Origin: Alphaproteobacteria bacterium
Lineage (GTDB): Bacteria; Pseudomonadota; Alphaproteobacteria; Rhodobacterales; Rhodobacteraceae
Reading direction: 5' to 3'
Assembly: GCA_016869875.1 (NCBI GenBank)
Contig: VGDE01000001.1
Coordinates: 7,088-71,087 of the forward strand
DNA length: 64,000 nucleotides
Below are positions 31,507 through 43,079 of this stretch, piece after piece. The notes beneath the pieces are model-generated. The model was not told the origin of the DNA, did no database searches, and saw nothing but the letters and a program-made list of their open reading frames with translations. The position numbers and the translations under genes were made by a program. How positions within the stretch are numbered: position 1 is the stretch's first letter; the number at the start of each line of letters is the position of its first letter.

Positions 31507-32709
31507 ATGGCATTCCCCGAGCGGTTTTCGAACCTGCCGGACTACGCGTTCCCGCGCCTGCGCGCGCTGTTGGCCGATATCGTGCCCGGTCTTGCGGCGG
31601 GCGAATCCCCCATGATCCTGACCATCGGAGAGCCGCGTCACCCGATGCCGGACTTTGTCGCGGGGGTCATGACCGGCAGCATCGCCGAACTGGCGAAGTA
31701 TCCCGTGAACGAGGGCACGCCCCAACTGCTGTCCGCCATCGGCGGCTGGCTGGAGCGGCGCCACGGCCTGGATGTCGCGCCCGAGCGGCTGATGGTGCTG
31801 AACGGCACGCGCGAAGGGCTGTTCAACGCCGCCCTCGCGCTCTGCCCCGAGCAGAAGAACGGTCAGCGCCCGGCTGTCCTGATCCCCAATCCCTTTTACC
31901 AGGTTTATGCCGTGGCGGCGGCCGCCGTGCAGGCCGATCCCGTCTTTGTGCCCGCCGCCCCCGACACGGGCAACCTGCCCGATTATGCAGGCCTTGATCC
32001 GGCGCTGCTGGACCGGGTGGCGATCGCCTATCTGTGTTCGCCCGCCAATCCCCAGGGGGCGGTGGCGGGGCGCGATTATTTGGAAAGACTGGTCGCCCTG
32101 GCCGAGCGGCACGACTTCCTGATCTTTGCGGACGAATGCTATTCCGAGATCTGGCGCGATGCGCCGCCGCCCGGCGCCCTGCAGGTCGCGACGGCGATGG
32201 GCCTGCCCGACCGGGTGGTGATGTTCAATTCGCTGTCCAAGCGGTCGAACCTGCCGGGGCTGCGGTCGGGATTTGCGGCTGGAGGCGTGGCGCAGATTCG
32301 CGAGATGCGTCGTCTGCGCAGCTATGCTGGCGCGCCGCTGCCGCTGCCGGTGCAGCGCGTCAGCGCCGCGGCCTGGGCGGACGAGGCCCATGTCGACGCC
32401 AGCCGCGCATTGTATCAGCAGAAATACCGGGTTGCAGATCGCGTGCTGGGCGATGTTCCCGGCTACCGGCCGGTCGAGGGCGGGTTCTTCCTGTGGCTGC
32501 CCGTGGCCGACGGCGAAGCGGCGGCGCGAAAACTGTGGGCTCGTGCAGGCATCCAGGTGCTGCCGGGGGCCTATCTGGCGCGTGACGTGGACGGGGCCAA
32601 TCCGGGGCGCGGGTTCATCCGCGTTGCCCTGGTCGCCGATGCGGCCCAAACCGAAGCCGCGCTGACGCGTCTGCGCGCGGTGCTTTACGACGATCCTGTG
32701 GAGGGGTGA
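31507..32709 (+). CDS. Class I/II aminotransferase, DapC-like
   Basis: [30 protein letters not shown]. Confidence 0.88.
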   Translation: MAFPERFSNLPDYAFPRLRALLADIVPGLAAGESPMILTIGEPRHPMPDFVAGVMTGSIAELAKYPVNEGTPQLLSAIGGWLERRHGLDVAPERLMVLNGTREGLFNAALALCPEQKNGQRPAVLIPNPFYQVYAVAAAAVQADPVFVPAAPDTGNLPDYAGLDPALLDRVAIAYLCSPANPQGAVAGRDYLERLVALAERHDFLIFADECYSEIWRDAPPPGALQVATAMGLPDRVVMFNSLSKRSNLPGLRSGFAAGGVAQIREMRRLRSYAGAPLPLPVQRVSAAAWADEAHVDASRALYQQKYRVADRVLGDVPGYRPVEGGFFLWLPVADGEAAARKLWARAGIQVLPGAYLARDVDGANPGRGFIRVALVADAAQTEAALTRLRAVLYDDPVEG

Positions 32710-32713
32710 CATC

Positions 32714-35290
32714 ATGGCAAGCTGGCAGGCGAAGCATCGCGATCCGCTGTTCGACCAATCCACGCAGGCCGCGCTGGAGCGGCGCGGAAAGGAACTGGCC
32801 GGGGCGGGCCTGATCGTCCTGGGCATCCTGATGGCGATGATGCTGGGAAGCTGGTCCTCGGACGATCCCAGTTTCCTGTCGGCCACGGATACCCCGGCGC
32901 AGAACATGCTGGGCAGCCTGGGGGCCTATATCGCCTCGCCCCTGATGATGATCGCGGGCTATGGGTCCTGGGTGCTGGTCGCGGCAGCCTGGGTCTGGGG
33001 CCTGCGCCTGATGCTGCACAGGGGCGAGGAGCGCCTGATGCGCGGCATCTTCACGCCCATTGCGGTCGCACTGGTGTCGGTTTATGCCAGCACGCTGGTT
33101 CCAGGGCCGGAATGGCAGCAGAATTATGGCCTGGGCGGGCATTTCGGCGACATGGTCATGGGCGCGATGCTGAACCTGCTGCCCATGAAGGCGCAGTTGG
33201 GTATCCGCGTCGCGGCGCTGCTGGTGGCGCTGGCCGTCCTGGGAGTCGGTGCCTTTGTCATGGGCTTCAACCGGCTGGAACTGCTGGGGCTGTGGCGCCG
33301 CTTTGCCGGCGGTCTGATGACGGCCCGGGTGGCTGTGACCCATGCGGTTCGGGCCGGGGTCGGGCTGGTGCGGCGCCTGCGCCAGGGGCGCCAGGCCGCA
33401 GGCGATACGCCGCGTCCGGCGGGCGGGGTCCGTCTGGCACGTCGCAAGCCGGCCGCCCCCGCCTTTGAGCTGGAAGAGGAACTGCCCGAGCCCGAGTTGA
33501 TCGAGCGTGATTCCGACTATGACGGCACAGCTCCCACCGAAGACGAGGTCCGCGGCCGTATCAGCGATGCGATCCGCTCCAGCACGGCCAAAACCTCGGT
33601 CCTCAAGACGGTGGCGGCGCGGCTGACGCGCGAGAACGCGGCGCGCGTCGACATGCCGGCCGCCGACGCGCCGGCCCAGCCCGAGGCCGAGGAGCAGCCG
33701 CCCGCACGTCCGGCCGGCCGCAAGGCGGAGCCCGCGCCGGCCCCGCGCCCCGAGGCACCGCCGCGCCCGGAGGACGGACCGCATTACGAGCATCCGCCGC
33801 TTGACCTGCTGTCGGCGCCGACGGAAAGCGACCAGCAACCCGTATCCCACGAGGTGCTGATGGAGAACGCCCGCACGCTGGAGGCGGTGCTGGACGATTA
33901 CGGCGTCAAGGGCCAGATCACCGAGGTCCGACCCGGTCCGGTGGTCACGCTGTACGAGTTGGAGCCTGCTCCGGGCCTGAAGGCCAGCCGCGTGATCGGC
34001 CTGGCCGACGACATCGCGCGGTCGATGTCGGCGCTGTCGGCGCGCGTGTCCACCGTGCCGGGCCGCAGCGTGATCGGGATCGAACTGCCCAACGCCCGGC
34101 GCGAAAAGGTTTTGCTGCGCGAGATCTTTGCCAGCCGCGCCTTTGGCGACGGCACGCAGCCGCTGCCCCTGGCGCTGGGCAAGGACATCGGCGGCGATCC
34201 GGTCGTGGCGAACCTGGCCAAGATGCCCCACCTGCTGATTGCGGGCACCACCGGCTCGGGCAAGTCGGTCGCGATCAACACGATGATCCTGAGCCTGCTT
34301 TACAAGCTGACGCCGGACGAGTGCCGGCTGATCATGATCGACCCCAAGATGCTGGAACTGTCGGTCTATGACGGCATTCCGCACCTGCTGTCTCCGGTCG
34401 TCACCGACCCCAAGAAGGCCGTCGTGGCGCTGAAATGGGTCGTGGGCGAGATGGAGGACCGGTATCGCAAGATGTCCAAGATGGGCGTCCGCAACATCGA
34501 GGGCTATAACGGCCGAGTCAGCGAGGCGCTGCGCAAGGGCGAGATGTTCAAGCGCACCGTCCAGACCGGCTTTGACGAGGATACCGGAGAACCGATCTTC
34601 GAAACCGAGGAGTTCCAGCCCGAAACCTTCCCTTACATCGTTGTCGTGGTGGACGAGATGGCCGACCTGATGATGGTCGCGGGGAAAGAGATCGAAGCCT
34701 GCATCCAGCGCCTGGCGCAGATGGCACGGGCTTCGGGCATTCACCTGATCATGGCCACGCAGCGTCCTTCGGTCGATGTCATCACCGGCACGATCAAGGC
34801 GAACTTCCCGACGCGGGTCAGCTTCCAGGTCACGTCCAAGATCGACAGCCGCACCATCCTGGGCGAGCAGGGGGCCGAACAACTGCTGGGACAGGGCGAC
34901 ATGCTGTACATGGGCAACGGCGCGCGGATCACCCGCATCCACGGTCCCTTTGTCAGCGACGAGGAGGTCGAGGAGATCGTCAACCACCTCAAGTCCTTTG
35001 GACCGCCCAGCTATAAATCCGGCGTCGTCGAAGGGGTCGAGGATGACAAGGCCGACGACATCGATGCCGTTCTGGGCCTGGGCGGCGGTGACGGCGGCGA
35101 TGACGCGCTGTATGATCAGGCGGTGATGATCGTCGCCAAGGACCGCAAATGCTCGACCTCGTACATCCAGCGCAAGCTGGCCATCGGCTACAACAAGGCG
35201 GCGCGCCTGGTCGAGCAGATGGAGGATCAGGGGGTGGTCAGCGCGGCGAACCATGTGGGCAAGCGCGAGGTCCTGGTCCCCGAGGTTTGA
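32714..35290 (+). CDS. ftsK: DNA translocase FtsK
   Basis: 4TM N-domain, [16 protein letters not shown], gamma domain IGYNKAARL. Confidence 0.97.
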   Translation: MASWQAKHRDPLFDQSTQAALERRGKELAGAGLIVLGILMAMMLGSWSSDDPSFLSATDTPAQNMLGSLGAYIASPLMMIAGYGSWVLVAAAWVWGLRLMLHRGEERLMRGIFTPIAVALVSVYASTLVPGPEWQQNYGLGGHFGDMVMGAMLNLLPMKAQLGIRVAALLVALAVLGVGAFVMGFNRLELLGLWRRFAGGLMTARVAVTHAVRAGVGLVRRLRQGRQAAGDTPRPAGGVRLARRKPAAPAFELEEELPEPELIERDSDYDGTAPTEDEVRGRISDAIRSSTAKTSVLKTVAARLTRENAARVDMPAADAPAQPEAEEQPPARPAGRKAEPAPAPRPEAPPRPEDGPHYEHPPLDLLSAPTESDQQPVSHEVLMENARTLEAVLDDYGVKGQITEVRPGPVVTLYELEPAPGLKASRVIGLADDIARSMSALSARVSTVPGRSVIGIELPNARREKVLLREIFASRAFGDGTQPLPLALGKDIGGDPVVANLAKMPHLLIAGTTGSGKSVAINTMILSLLYKLTPDECRLIMIDPKMLELSVYDGIPHLLSPVVTDPKKAVVALKWVVGEMEDRYRKMSKMGVRNIEGYNGRVSEALRKGEMFKRTVQTGFDEDTGEPIFETEEFQPETFPYIVVVVDEMADLMMVAGKEIEACIQRLAQMARASGIHLIMATQRPSVDVITGTIKANFPTRVSFQVTSKIDSRTILGEQGAEQLLGQGDMLYMGNGARITRIHGPFVSDEEVEEIVNHLKSFGPPSYKSGVVEGVEDDKADDIDAVLGLGGGDGGDDALYDQAVMIVAKDRKCSTSYIQRKLAIGYNKAARLVEQMEDQGVVSAANHVGKREVLVPEV

Positions 35291-35303
35291 AGGGGACCGT
35301 AAC

Positions 35304-36113
35304 ATGACGGTCTGGCACATCCATTTCCTGAACGCCCGCCATGCGTTGACAGCCGACATGGCCGAGATCCGGGCCTGCGCGCGCAAGGCCGTCGCGCAGG
35401 TGGGCGCGATTGTCGAGCTGCCGCGGTTCGACCTGATGATCCGCGGCGAACCGGGTGGCGGCATTCCTGACTGGGGCGTGGGCGGGCGGGCGCCTGCGCC
35501 GGGTGTGATCGAGGTGACGGTCAGTCCCGGCCGTTTTGCACCCCGCCACCTGATGCGTGTGCTGGTCCACGAGATGCATCACATGGTCCGATGGGAAGGA
35601 CCGGGCTATGGCAGGTCGCTGGGCGAGGCGCTGGTCAGCGAAGGGCTGGCCGGGCACTTTGTCCAGCAGGTTCTGGGCGGAGAGCCCGACCCTTGGGATG
35701 CCACCCGACCGGGTGCCGGGACGCTGCGCCAGGCAGGCCACATGTGGGCGCGGCGCGAGTTCGATTTTGCCGAATGGTTCCTGGGGCGCGGCAAGATCCG
35801 CAAATGGTCCGGCTATGGGATCGGCCACCGCCTGATCGCGGAATATCTGTCCGGAGCCCAGGGCGAGGATGCGGCTAGCCTGGCTTGGATGCCGGCCGAT
35901 TCCTTCCGTCCGGCCCTGCGCCGCCTGCTGGCAGCCGAGGGGATCGAGGCGCCGGAGGACGAGCCGGAGGATCAGGAGGAGGCGTGCCCGGATCCTCTGG
36001 ACGAGCAGACACCGGCAGCGGACGTTGAAGTGCCACCAGAGGTCCTGAAGGTCACGGCGGTTGCGTCCGGCGACGCCGGGGGGCCGGCCCCCCGGACCCC
36101 CCCGGACAGTTAG
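35304..36113 (+). CDS. DUF2268 putative Zn-dependent protease
   Basis: HEMHH...EGLA...GY..G. Confidence 0.8.
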   Translation: MTVWHIHFLNARHALTADMAEIRACARKAVAQVGAIVELPRFDLMIRGEPGGGIPDWGVGGRAPAPGVIEVTVSPGRFAPRHLMRVLVHEMHHMVRWEGPGYGRSLGEALVSEGLAGHFVQQVLGGEPDPWDATRPGAGTLRQAGHMWARREFDFAEWFLGRGKIRKWSGYGIGHRLIAEYLSGAQGEDAASLAWMPADSFRPALRRLLAAEGIEAPEDEPEDQEEACPDPLDEQTPAADVEVPPEVLKVTAVASGDAGGPAPRTPPDS

Positions 36114-36255
36114 ATGCTGCATCGTCGCGGCTTGAATTTCGGGCGGCGGGCTCCGAAAGCAGTTTGACGGTGTGCCTTCCGGGGCCTTCGCCTGTGGTCA
36201 TGGCGCAAGTCTCGAATGTTCGTCGGCAGGAGAAGGCGGGTCCGCAGGCTTGACC

Positions 36256-36921
36256 TTAGCGGGCGGATGGAGAGAAGGCAAAGATCAGGCCCAGTATAAG
36301 GCCGGCGGCCGCGCCGCCCAGATGCGCCTCCCAGGCGATCGACGGCATCAGCAGCGTCAGAGCGATGTTCAGACCCAGGATCAGCGCCACGGCCCGCACC
36401 AGGGGGGCCAGAGACCGGCGGCGCCGGCGCAAGGTGATGGCCGCGAACCCCACCAGCGCCCCTGCCAGCCCGAAGACCGCGCCCGAGGCGCCGATCATCG
36501 GCCCCGCCTGCGGCTGCATCGCGGCAAACAGCGCGGCGCCACTGACCTGACTTGCCAGATAGATCGCGCCCATGCGGGCCGGGCCGACCATGCGGTTCAG
36601 CTCTCGGGCGACGGCCGCCAACGAGATCATGTTCATCGCCAGATGCAGCAGGCCTCCGTGCAGCAGGCCATAGGTGAGGAACATGGCCAGGCGCTGGCCC
36701 GGATAAAGCCCCGCGCCTTCCCAGATCAGTGGCGACCAGAAGCCACCCAGCATGAAGCTGGCCTGCCGCGCGATCGGGTAGCCCACAAGACCCGCAAGCA
36801 GCAGCAGCCCCTCGATCCCGCAGCAGATCACGACCAGCGCGCGAATCCAGCCCGGCAGCACGGCCGGATGAAGGCGGCGGGCGGTGACAAGCGGGATCGC
36901 GGCGGGGCGATCCTCAGCCAT
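36256..36921 (-). CDS. Rhomboid family intramembrane serine protease
   Basis: [19 protein letters not shown]. Confidence 0.92.
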   Translation of the reverse strand: MAEDRPAAIPLVTARRLHPAVLPGWIRALVVICCGIEGLLLLAGLVGYPIARQASFMLGGFWSPLIWEGAGLYPGQRLAMFLTYGLLHGGLLHLAMNMISLAAVARELNRMVGPARMGAIYLASQVSGAALFAAMQPQAGPMIGASGAVFGLAGALVGFAAITLRRRRRSLAPLVRAVALILGLNIALTLLMPSIAWEAHLGGAAAGLILGLIFAFSPSAR

Positions 36922-37111
36922 CGGCCTTGATCTGGCGCGCCTCGTCGATCAGCATGATCGGAATCCCGGACCGGATCGGAAAGGCCAGGCCCGCCGCGCG
37001 GGACACCAGCTCCTGCCGCTCGGGGTCGTAGGCCAGCGCGGTGTGGGTCACGGGGCAGACCAGCGCCTCGAGCATGTGCCGGTCGAAGATCGGCGTGACA
37101 GGGTCGGTCAT
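36914..37111 (-). CDS. Trm112 family protein (YcaR-like)
   Basis: LEALVCPVT...[17 protein letters not shown]. Confidence 0.92.
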   Translation of the reverse strand: MTDPVTPIFDRHMLEALVCPVTHTALAYDPERQELVSRAAGLAFPIRSGIPIMLIDEARQIKADG

Positions 37112-37734
37112 TGCAGTCGTTCCTCGTTCTCGCCGCCATGGAGGGCGAATTCGATCAGCCCCATCAGCAGTTCGCGCCGATCGGACAGGGAGGGAGATTC
37201 CAGCAGCGCCTGTTTGTCGCCAGGCGTGAAGGGCAGCATCATCGACAGCGAGTTGATCAGCAGCTCGTCCTCGGCCTGGGCGGCGGCATCCCAATCGGTC
37301 GACAGTTCATGCGTCTCCATATAGCGCGACAACAAGGCGAACAGCGCCTTTCGGTCCAGGCCAGGGTCCTGTTCCACCCCGCCTTGGTCACGCCGGAAGG
37401 ACGACCAGTCCACCATGCCCTGCAGATAGGGCGCAAAGCCTTCGGTCACGTCCTTCAGCCGGAACCGCGATACCGCGCCGAGCGAGATCATCATACGCCC
37501 ATCCTCGGTTTCCGAAAAGGCCACCACCCGGCCGGCGCAGCCGATGGCCGACAGTCCGTCGGCATCGGGCTGGATCATCCCGATCAGCCGGTGATCGGTC
37601 TTCAGCGTGTCTTCCAGCATCTGAAGATAGCGCGGCTCGAAGATGTGCAGGGGCATGCGGGCGCGGGGCATCAGCACCGCGCCGGGCAGCGGGAAAAGGG
37701 CGATCCGGTCGGGAAGATCGAAACGCAGGGTCAT
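37108..37734 (-). CDS. LON peptidase substrate-binding domain protein
   Basis: LFPL...[14 protein letters not shown]. Confidence 0.92.
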   Translation of the reverse strand: MTLRFDLPDRIALFPLPGAVLMPRARMPLHIFEPRYLQMLEDTLKTDHRLIGMIQPDADGLSAIGCAGRVVAFSETEDGRMMISLGAVSRFRLKDVTEGFAPYLQGMVDWSSFRRDQGGVEQDPGLDRKALFALLSRYMETHELSTDWDAAAQAEDELLINSLSMMLPFTPGDKQALLESPSLSDRRELLMGLIEFALHGGENEERLQ

Positions 37735-37738
37735 CGGA

Positions 37739-38650
37739 TCAGGCAAAGATCAGCGAGGACAGGCGGCGGCGGCCTTTTTGGCCGATCGGATCATTGGGCT
37801 TGAGGCTGTCAAAGATGGTGATCAGCTGGGCCTTGGCCGCGCCCTCGTTCCAGTCGCGGTCGCGGCGGAAGCTGTCCAGCAGGATGTCGATGGCCTCCTC
37901 CAGACGGCCTGCGCCGTGCAGGGCCTGCGCGTATTCCAGTCGCGCCTGCTGATCGGCGGGATCTGCCTCGACCCGCGCCTGCAGGTCGCCCAGAGGGCCG
38001 GCGCTGCTGGCCTGCTGGGCCAGTTGCAGCTGCGCCCGCGCGGCCTCGACCGGCGCCAACTGCGCCACCGGACCCGGCACCTGCTGGAGCGTCGAGGCGG
38101 CGGCGGCGTGGTCGCCCGCAGCCAGATGCGCGCGGATCAGCCCGCCCCAGGCCTCGGGGCTGTCGGGCATCTCGCCGATGATGGCGGTGAAGGTCTCGAT
38201 CGCGTCGGCGGCCTCGCCGTCCTCGATCATCTGCTCGGCCGCGGCAATGGCATCGGCCAGGCCCCCGTCATCCCCCGAAAGGGCGACCAGCTTGTCCACG
38301 AACTGCTTCAACTGGCTTTGCGGAAGAGCGCCTTGGAAGGCATCGACCGGCTGGCCCTTGAAGAAGGCGTAGACGGTGGGAATCGACTGCACGCGCAACT
38401 GGCCCGCGATCATCTGGTTCTCGTCCACGTTGACCTTGGCCATGCGGACCCGGCCCTTGTGGCGGGCGACCTCGGCCTCGAGCGCGGGGCCCAGCGTCTT
38501 GCAGGGTCCGCACCAGGGGGCCCAGAAGTCGACGATGACGGGCACCTCCATCGAGGCTTCGACGACCTCGGCCATGAAATTGGCCTCGGACACGTCCTTG
38601 ATGAACTCGTCGGTCTTGGGTGCGGCTGCGCCGTCGAAAAGCATGGTCAT
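37739..38650 (-). CDS. cnoX: Thioredoxin-TPR chaperedoxin CnoX/YbbN
   Basis: WAPWCGPC plus TPR region ending GRRRLSSLIFA. Confidence 0.9.
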   Translation of the reverse strand: MTMLFDGAAAPKTDEFIKDVSEANFMAEVVEASMEVPVIVDFWAPWCGPCKTLGPALEAEVARHKGRVRMAKVNVDENQMIAGQLRVQSIPTVYAFFKGQPVDAFQGALPQSQLKQFVDKLVALSGDDGGLADAIAAAEQMIEDGEAADAIETFTAIIGEMPDSPEAWGGLIRAHLAAGDHAAAASTLQQVPGPVAQLAPVEAARAQLQLAQQASSAGPLGDLQARVEADPADQQARLEYAQALHGAGRLEEAIDILLDSFRRDRDWNEGAAKAQLITIFDSLKPNDPIGQKGRRRLSSLIFA

Positions 38651-38688
38651 CTCGTCCCCGGTCGTTGGGTTGCAGGCGGTCGGGCACA

Positions 38689-38714
38689 ATATGGGACGTC
38701 CGGCGGATGAACAA
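38689..38714 (-). promoter_or_regulatory. Candidate RpoH promoter for cnoX-LON-Trm112-rhomboid
   Basis: TTG-N18-CATAT on the minus strand. Confidence 0.55.
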
Positions 38715-38732
38715 AAGGGCGGAATGCGCGTT
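38709..38732 (+). promoter_or_regulatory. Candidate EcfG promoter upstream of the NhaC pseudogene
   Basis: GAAC-N16-CGTT. Confidence 0.4.
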
Positions 38733-38789
38733 GCCGCCACCTGCGCCTCACGGGAGCGTGAGGAGGACAGATCTGGGTAGGGTAGAACG

Positions 38790-39740
38790 ATGACTGAAGC
38801 CACCGGGTAGCCAAGATCCCTGCCACCGCTACCACTGGCGCTGCTGCCGATTGTGCTGACACCGAGACTGCTGGCGATCCGGCAGTTCTGGTACGGCGGC
38901 TTGACGCGCAAATCCGCCGGTTCTGGAACTGACGATGACTGACTTTCCGGGCGTATCTCGCGGGCAGGGGCGGACGGGCATCCGCAAAGGCATCTTTCAC
39001 GTCATCCAAGTCCTGATGCCCTCTCTGTCGGTCCTGATCGTGTTGGGCATGATCATCGGGGTCTGGATGGCCTTCGGGAACCGTGCGACGCTGATCCATT
39101 GTGGGCTGACGCTCCTGAACCTGCAGATCTTTTTGGTGGCAGTGAGGATCCAGGGTCCCTTGGCACCAGTTGGGGAACCTGGACGCGGCGGGCGTGGCGC
39201 GGAGGGGGATCGGGGGGGGGCTTTGGCATCCCCACCGCCGGGGCCGTCGTGTCCGGCGCGTCCTTTGGGACAAGCTATCGCCCCTGCCGGACACGACGAA
39301 CCTGGCTCTGGCGGTGACAAGTCTGAACATCTTTGACCACATCGGGAACATGCTGCCGGCGACCATACCCGCCATGCTGATCGCACCGGCGGTTTATGCT
39401 CTGGCGGGAGACTCGCCGGGCGAGGCCAGCTTTGTCCGGGTCCCGGCAATCACCAAGACGCTGCAGGGGCAGTTCTGGCTGGGGCTGGTTCCACTGATCC
39501 CCGCGCTTGTGGTCGCGGTGCTGTCCGTCATGCGGTGGCCGCCCTTGCCGTCGCCGTTTGCGAGCGTCCTGCAGGACGGGTGATCGCGAACTTCTGACAG
39601 AGCGAGGGGCTGCACAACGTCTTTGCCCATGCCCCGTCCGGCTTTACGATCGGGACGAGGATGGGCCGATATGGATAGACTGGCTGGACAGGGGTGGCAT
39701 CCAGACGATGATGTGGATCACCGGCATGGGCGGATTCTCA
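38790..39740 (+). pseudogene. nhaC: Na+/H+ antiporter NhaC family pseudogene
   Basis: Fragments in different frames: LALLPIVLT; GMIIGVWMA; LGTSWGT; GAVVSGASFG; DKLSPLPDTTNLA...FDHIGNML; DRGGIQTMMW; early stop and frameshifts; C-terminal part missing. Confidence 0.82.
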
Positions 39741-39819
39741 CCCCGCGCCGAGGGCCGCGATTGGGACCGTCAGGACGAGGATGGGCTGGATCTGGACGAT
39801 CACGCCGGGGCAAGATCAG

Positions 39820-40605
39820 CTAGAGGTCGAAGCTTGCCAGCACGGGGACGTGGTCGCTGGGCTGCTCCCACCCCCGGCAGGGGCGCAGGATGCGGCTGCC
39901 ATGGGCGGCATTGGCGATGTCGGCAGTGGCCCAGATGTGGTCCAGCCGGCGGCCCTTGTCGGCGGCATGCCAGTCCTTGGCGCGATAGCTCCACCAGCTG
40001 TAGAGCAGCCCCGACGGGATGTCCTGGCGCGTCACATCCACCCAGTTTCCGGCATCCTGGGCGGCCAGCAGGTGTTCGACCTCGACGGGCGTGTGGCTGA
40101 TGATCTTCAGCATCTGCTTGTGCGACCAGACGTCATCCTCGCGCGGGGCGATGTTCAGGTCGCCGACCAGGATCGAACGCTCGGGTCGGTCGGCGTGGAA
40201 GACGTCGCGCATCTCGGCCACGAAATCCAGCTTTTGCCCGAACTTCTCGTTGGCGGTGCGGTCAGGAATGTCGCCGCCCGCGGGCACGTACATGTTGTGG
40301 ATGACGACGCCGTTCTCCAGCCGCGCCGAAACATGGCGGGCATGGCCCAACTGGGCGTAATCGCGGTCGCCTGCATCCTCCAGCGGCAGGCGCGACAGGA
40401 TCGCCACGCCGTTGTAGCCCTTTTGGCCCCGCGCGACGATGTGGTCGTAGCCCAGGTCGCGGAACCGTGTCAGCGGGATCTTGTCCACCGGCGACTTGCA
40501 TTCCTGCAGGCACAGGACATCGGGCGCTTCTTCCTCCAGGAAACGGGCAACCAGACCCTCGCGCAGGCGGACCGAATTGATGTTCCAGGTGGCGATGGTG
40601 AACAT
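39820..40605 (-). CDS. xth: Exodeoxyribonuclease III
   Basis: ATWNINS, LQE.K, GDLN, YSWWSYR, RLDHIW, SDH. Confidence 0.94.
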   Translation of the reverse strand: MFTIATWNINSVRLREGLVARFLEEEAPDVLCLQECKSPVDKIPLTRFRDLGYDHIVARGQKGYNGVAILSRLPLEDAGDRDYAQLGHARHVSARLENGVVIHNMYVPAGGDIPDRTANEKFGQKLDFVAEMRDVFHADRPERSILVGDLNIAPREDDVWSHKQMLKIISHTPVEVEHLLAAQDAGNWVDVTRQDIPSGLLYSWWSYRAKDWHAADKGRRLDHIWATADIANAAHGSRILRPCRGWEQPSDHVPVLASFDL

Positions 40606-40718
40606 GGGGCTTCTCCTTTGGGCGCGGAACCTAGCGGCGCGGGCCGGGGCTGTCGAGCCGCAGGCTTGCCATATGGGGCAGGCACGCTATGCAAGGGAAA
40701 AGGGCGCGGAGGACCGGG

Positions 40719-42035
40719 ATGAAGCTGACCATCGACGAGGCGCTGACCCTGGGCGGCACCGGCCGCTTTCAGTGGCGGCTCCTGGGCATCTTTGGCCTGG
40801 TCTGGGCGGCCGATGCCATGCAGGTGATCGCGGTGGGCTTTGCCGCCCCTTCGGTCGCGGCCAGCTTTGGCCTGGATCGGGTGACGGCGCTGCAGATCGG
40901 CACGGTGTTCTTTCTGGGCATGTTCGTGGGCGCCTTCCTGTTCGGACGCGTGGCCGACCGGATCGGGCGCAAATGGGTGCTGGTCGGCACGGTCGCCATG
41001 GATGCGGTCTTTGGCCTTGCCTCGGTCATGGCGGGTGACTTCACCTGGCTGCTGGTCCTGCGTTTCCTGACCGGCGTCGCCGTCGGGGGCACGCTGCCCG
41101 TGGATTATGCCATGATGGCCGAGTTCCTGCCCCCCAGGAACCGTGGCCGCTGGCTGGTCTGGCTGGAAGGGTTCTGGGCCATCGGCACCATTGTCGTGGC
41201 CCTTACGGCCTGGGCTGCCGCCAGCCTGGGTGCCGAGGCGCCCTGGCGCTGGATCTTTCTTGTGGCCGCGCTTCCGGCACTGATCGGGTTCGTTCTGCGC
41301 TTCTGGATTCCCGAATCGCCGATGTTCCTGGTCCGCAAGGGCCGGCAGGCCGAGGCCCGCGCCGTCATCGACCGCGTGCTGGCCGTGAACGGGGCCCCGC
41401 CGCTGCCGCCCCACGCGCATCTGAACCCGGCGGTGGTACCGGCCGGCGCCGCCGCCTCGATCCTGGCCGCGCCGCTGCGCCGGGCCACGCTGGGCGTTCT
41501 GGCGGTCTGGTTCCTGGTGTCGCTGTCCTATTACGGCGTCTTTGTCTGGGTGCCGGGGCAACTGGCGACCGAAGGCTTTGGCTTTGTCCGCGGATATGGG
41601 TTCCTGGTCGTGCTGGCGCTGGCGCAGGTGCCGGGATATGCCCTGGCCGCCTGGGGGGTCGAGGCGGTGGGCCGCCGGCCGACGCTGGCGGGCTTCCTGC
41701 TGCTGTCGGCCGCCGGATGCGGGCTGTTCGCCCTGGCCTCCGGCCCGGTGCTGGTCGCCACCGCCCTGATCGTCATGAGCTTTGCCCTGCTGGGGACCTG
41801 GGGCGCCCTTTACGCCTTTACCCCTGAACTCTACCCGACGCATCTGCGCGGCACCGGCATGGGCACCGCCAGCGCCGTCGCGCGCCTGGGCGGCATCCTG
41901 GCCCCCAGCCTGCTGGCCATGGTCTTTGCCCATGGCTTTGGCCTGGCGATCGGCAGCTTTGCCCTGCTGCTGCTGCTGGCGACGGCCGCGCTTCTGCTGG
42001 TGCGGGTGGAAACGCGCGATCGCGCCATCGGTTGA
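40719..42035 (+). CDS. MFS transporter (SV2/NiaP-like)
   Basis: GRVADRIGRK motif A, IPESP, ELYPT..RGTG. Confidence 0.9.
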   Translation: MKLTIDEALTLGGTGRFQWRLLGIFGLVWAADAMQVIAVGFAAPSVAASFGLDRVTALQIGTVFFLGMFVGAFLFGRVADRIGRKWVLVGTVAMDAVFGLASVMAGDFTWLLVLRFLTGVAVGGTLPVDYAMMAEFLPPRNRGRWLVWLEGFWAIGTIVVALTAWAAASLGAEAPWRWIFLVAALPALIGFVLRFWIPESPMFLVRKGRQAEARAVIDRVLAVNGAPPLPPHAHLNPAVVPAGAAASILAAPLRRATLGVLAVWFLVSLSYYGVFVWVPGQLATEGFGFVRGYGFLVVLALAQVPGYALAAWGVEAVGRRPTLAGFLLLSAAGCGLFALASGPVLVATALIVMSFALLGTWGALYAFTPELYPTHLRGTGMGTASAVARLGGILAPSLLAMVFAHGFGLAIGSFALLLLLATAALLLVRVETRDRAIG

Positions 42036-42046
42036 GACCCGGCGGA

Positions 42047-42071
42047 GGAACAACGCGCGCCACCGCCCGTT
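42047..42071 (+). promoter_or_regulatory. Candidate EcfG promoter for yqjG
   Basis: Exact GGAAC-N16-CGTT. Confidence 0.65.
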
Positions 42072-42100
42072 GCTTGGTCAGATCACGGAAAGGAACCGAC

Positions 42101-43075
42101 ATGGGCCAATTGGTGAACGGCGTCTGGAAGGACGAATGGTACGACACGGACAGCACCGGCGGCGAGTTCCGCCGCGACACGTCCAAGTTCCGCAACTGGG
42201 TGACGGCCGACGGCAGTCCCGGTCCGACGGGCGAGGGCGGGTTCAAGGCGGAAAGCGGGCGCTATCACCTTTATGTCAGCCATGCCTGTCCCTGGGCGCA
42301 CAGGACGATGATCTTTCGCGCGCTGAAGGATCTGACGGATCACATCGAGGTGTCGGTCGTGCATCCCGAGATGCTGAAGGACGGGTGGGAATTCCGGACC
42401 GACTTCGACGGCGCGACCGGCGACCGGCAGTTCGGCTTCGATTTCCTGCGCGAGGTTTATCTGAAAGCCAAGCCCGACGCCTCGGGCCGGGTGACGGTGC
42501 CCGTTCTTTGGGACAGGACCACCGAGCAGATCGTGTCGAACGAAAGTGCCGACATCATCCGGATGTTCAACTCGGCCTTCGACGGCCTGACGGGGAACGA
42601 TGACGATTACTGGCCAGAGGATCTGCGCGGCCGCATCGACGAGGTGAACGACCGCATCTATGACACCGTGAACAACGGGGTCTACAAGGCCGGGTTCGCC
42701 ACCTCGCAGGAGGCCTATGACAAGGCCGTGGAACCGCTGTTCGACAGCCTGGACTGGATCGAGGGCCTGCTGTCAGAGAACCGATACCTGACCGGCGACC
42801 GTATCACCGAGGCCGACTGGCGGCTGTTCACCACCATTCTGCGCTTTGACCCGGTCTATCACACGCATTTCAAGTGCAACCGGCGCCGGATCGTCGACCT
42901 CCCGAACCTCTGGGGCTGGGCGCGGGAGCTGTATCAATGGCCCGGCATCGCCGGAACGGTGCATGTCGACCACTTTGTCCGGCATTATTACTTCAGCCAC
43001 GACATGATCAACCCGAACCGGATCATCCCCATCGGCCCGGACACCGACTGGACCGTCCCCCACGGGCGCGGCTGA
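42101..43075 (+). CDS. yqjG: Glutathionyl-hydroquinone reductase (YqjG/Xi-class GST)
   Basis: RYHLYVS.ACPWAHR, TVPVLWD, NNGVYKAGF, HFKCN. Confidence 0.93.
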   Translation: MGQLVNGVWKDEWYDTDSTGGEFRRDTSKFRNWVTADGSPGPTGEGGFKAESGRYHLYVSHACPWAHRTMIFRALKDLTDHIEVSVVHPEMLKDGWEFRTDFDGATGDRQFGFDFLREVYLKAKPDASGRVTVPVLWDRTTEQIVSNESADIIRMFNSAFDGLTGNDDDYWPEDLRGRIDEVNDRIYDTVNNGVYKAGFATSQEAYDKAVEPLFDSLDWIEGLLSENRYLTGDRITEADWRLFTTILRFDPVYHTHFKCNRRRIVDLPNLWGWARELYQWPGIAGTVHVDHFVRHYYFSHDMINPNRIIPIGPDTDWTVPHGRG

Positions 43076-43079
43076 CGTG

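Noticed and set aside
38935-39583. ORFs 38935-39336 and 39170-39583 as independent genes
   Set aside because: They are frameshifted pieces of the nhaC pseudogene.
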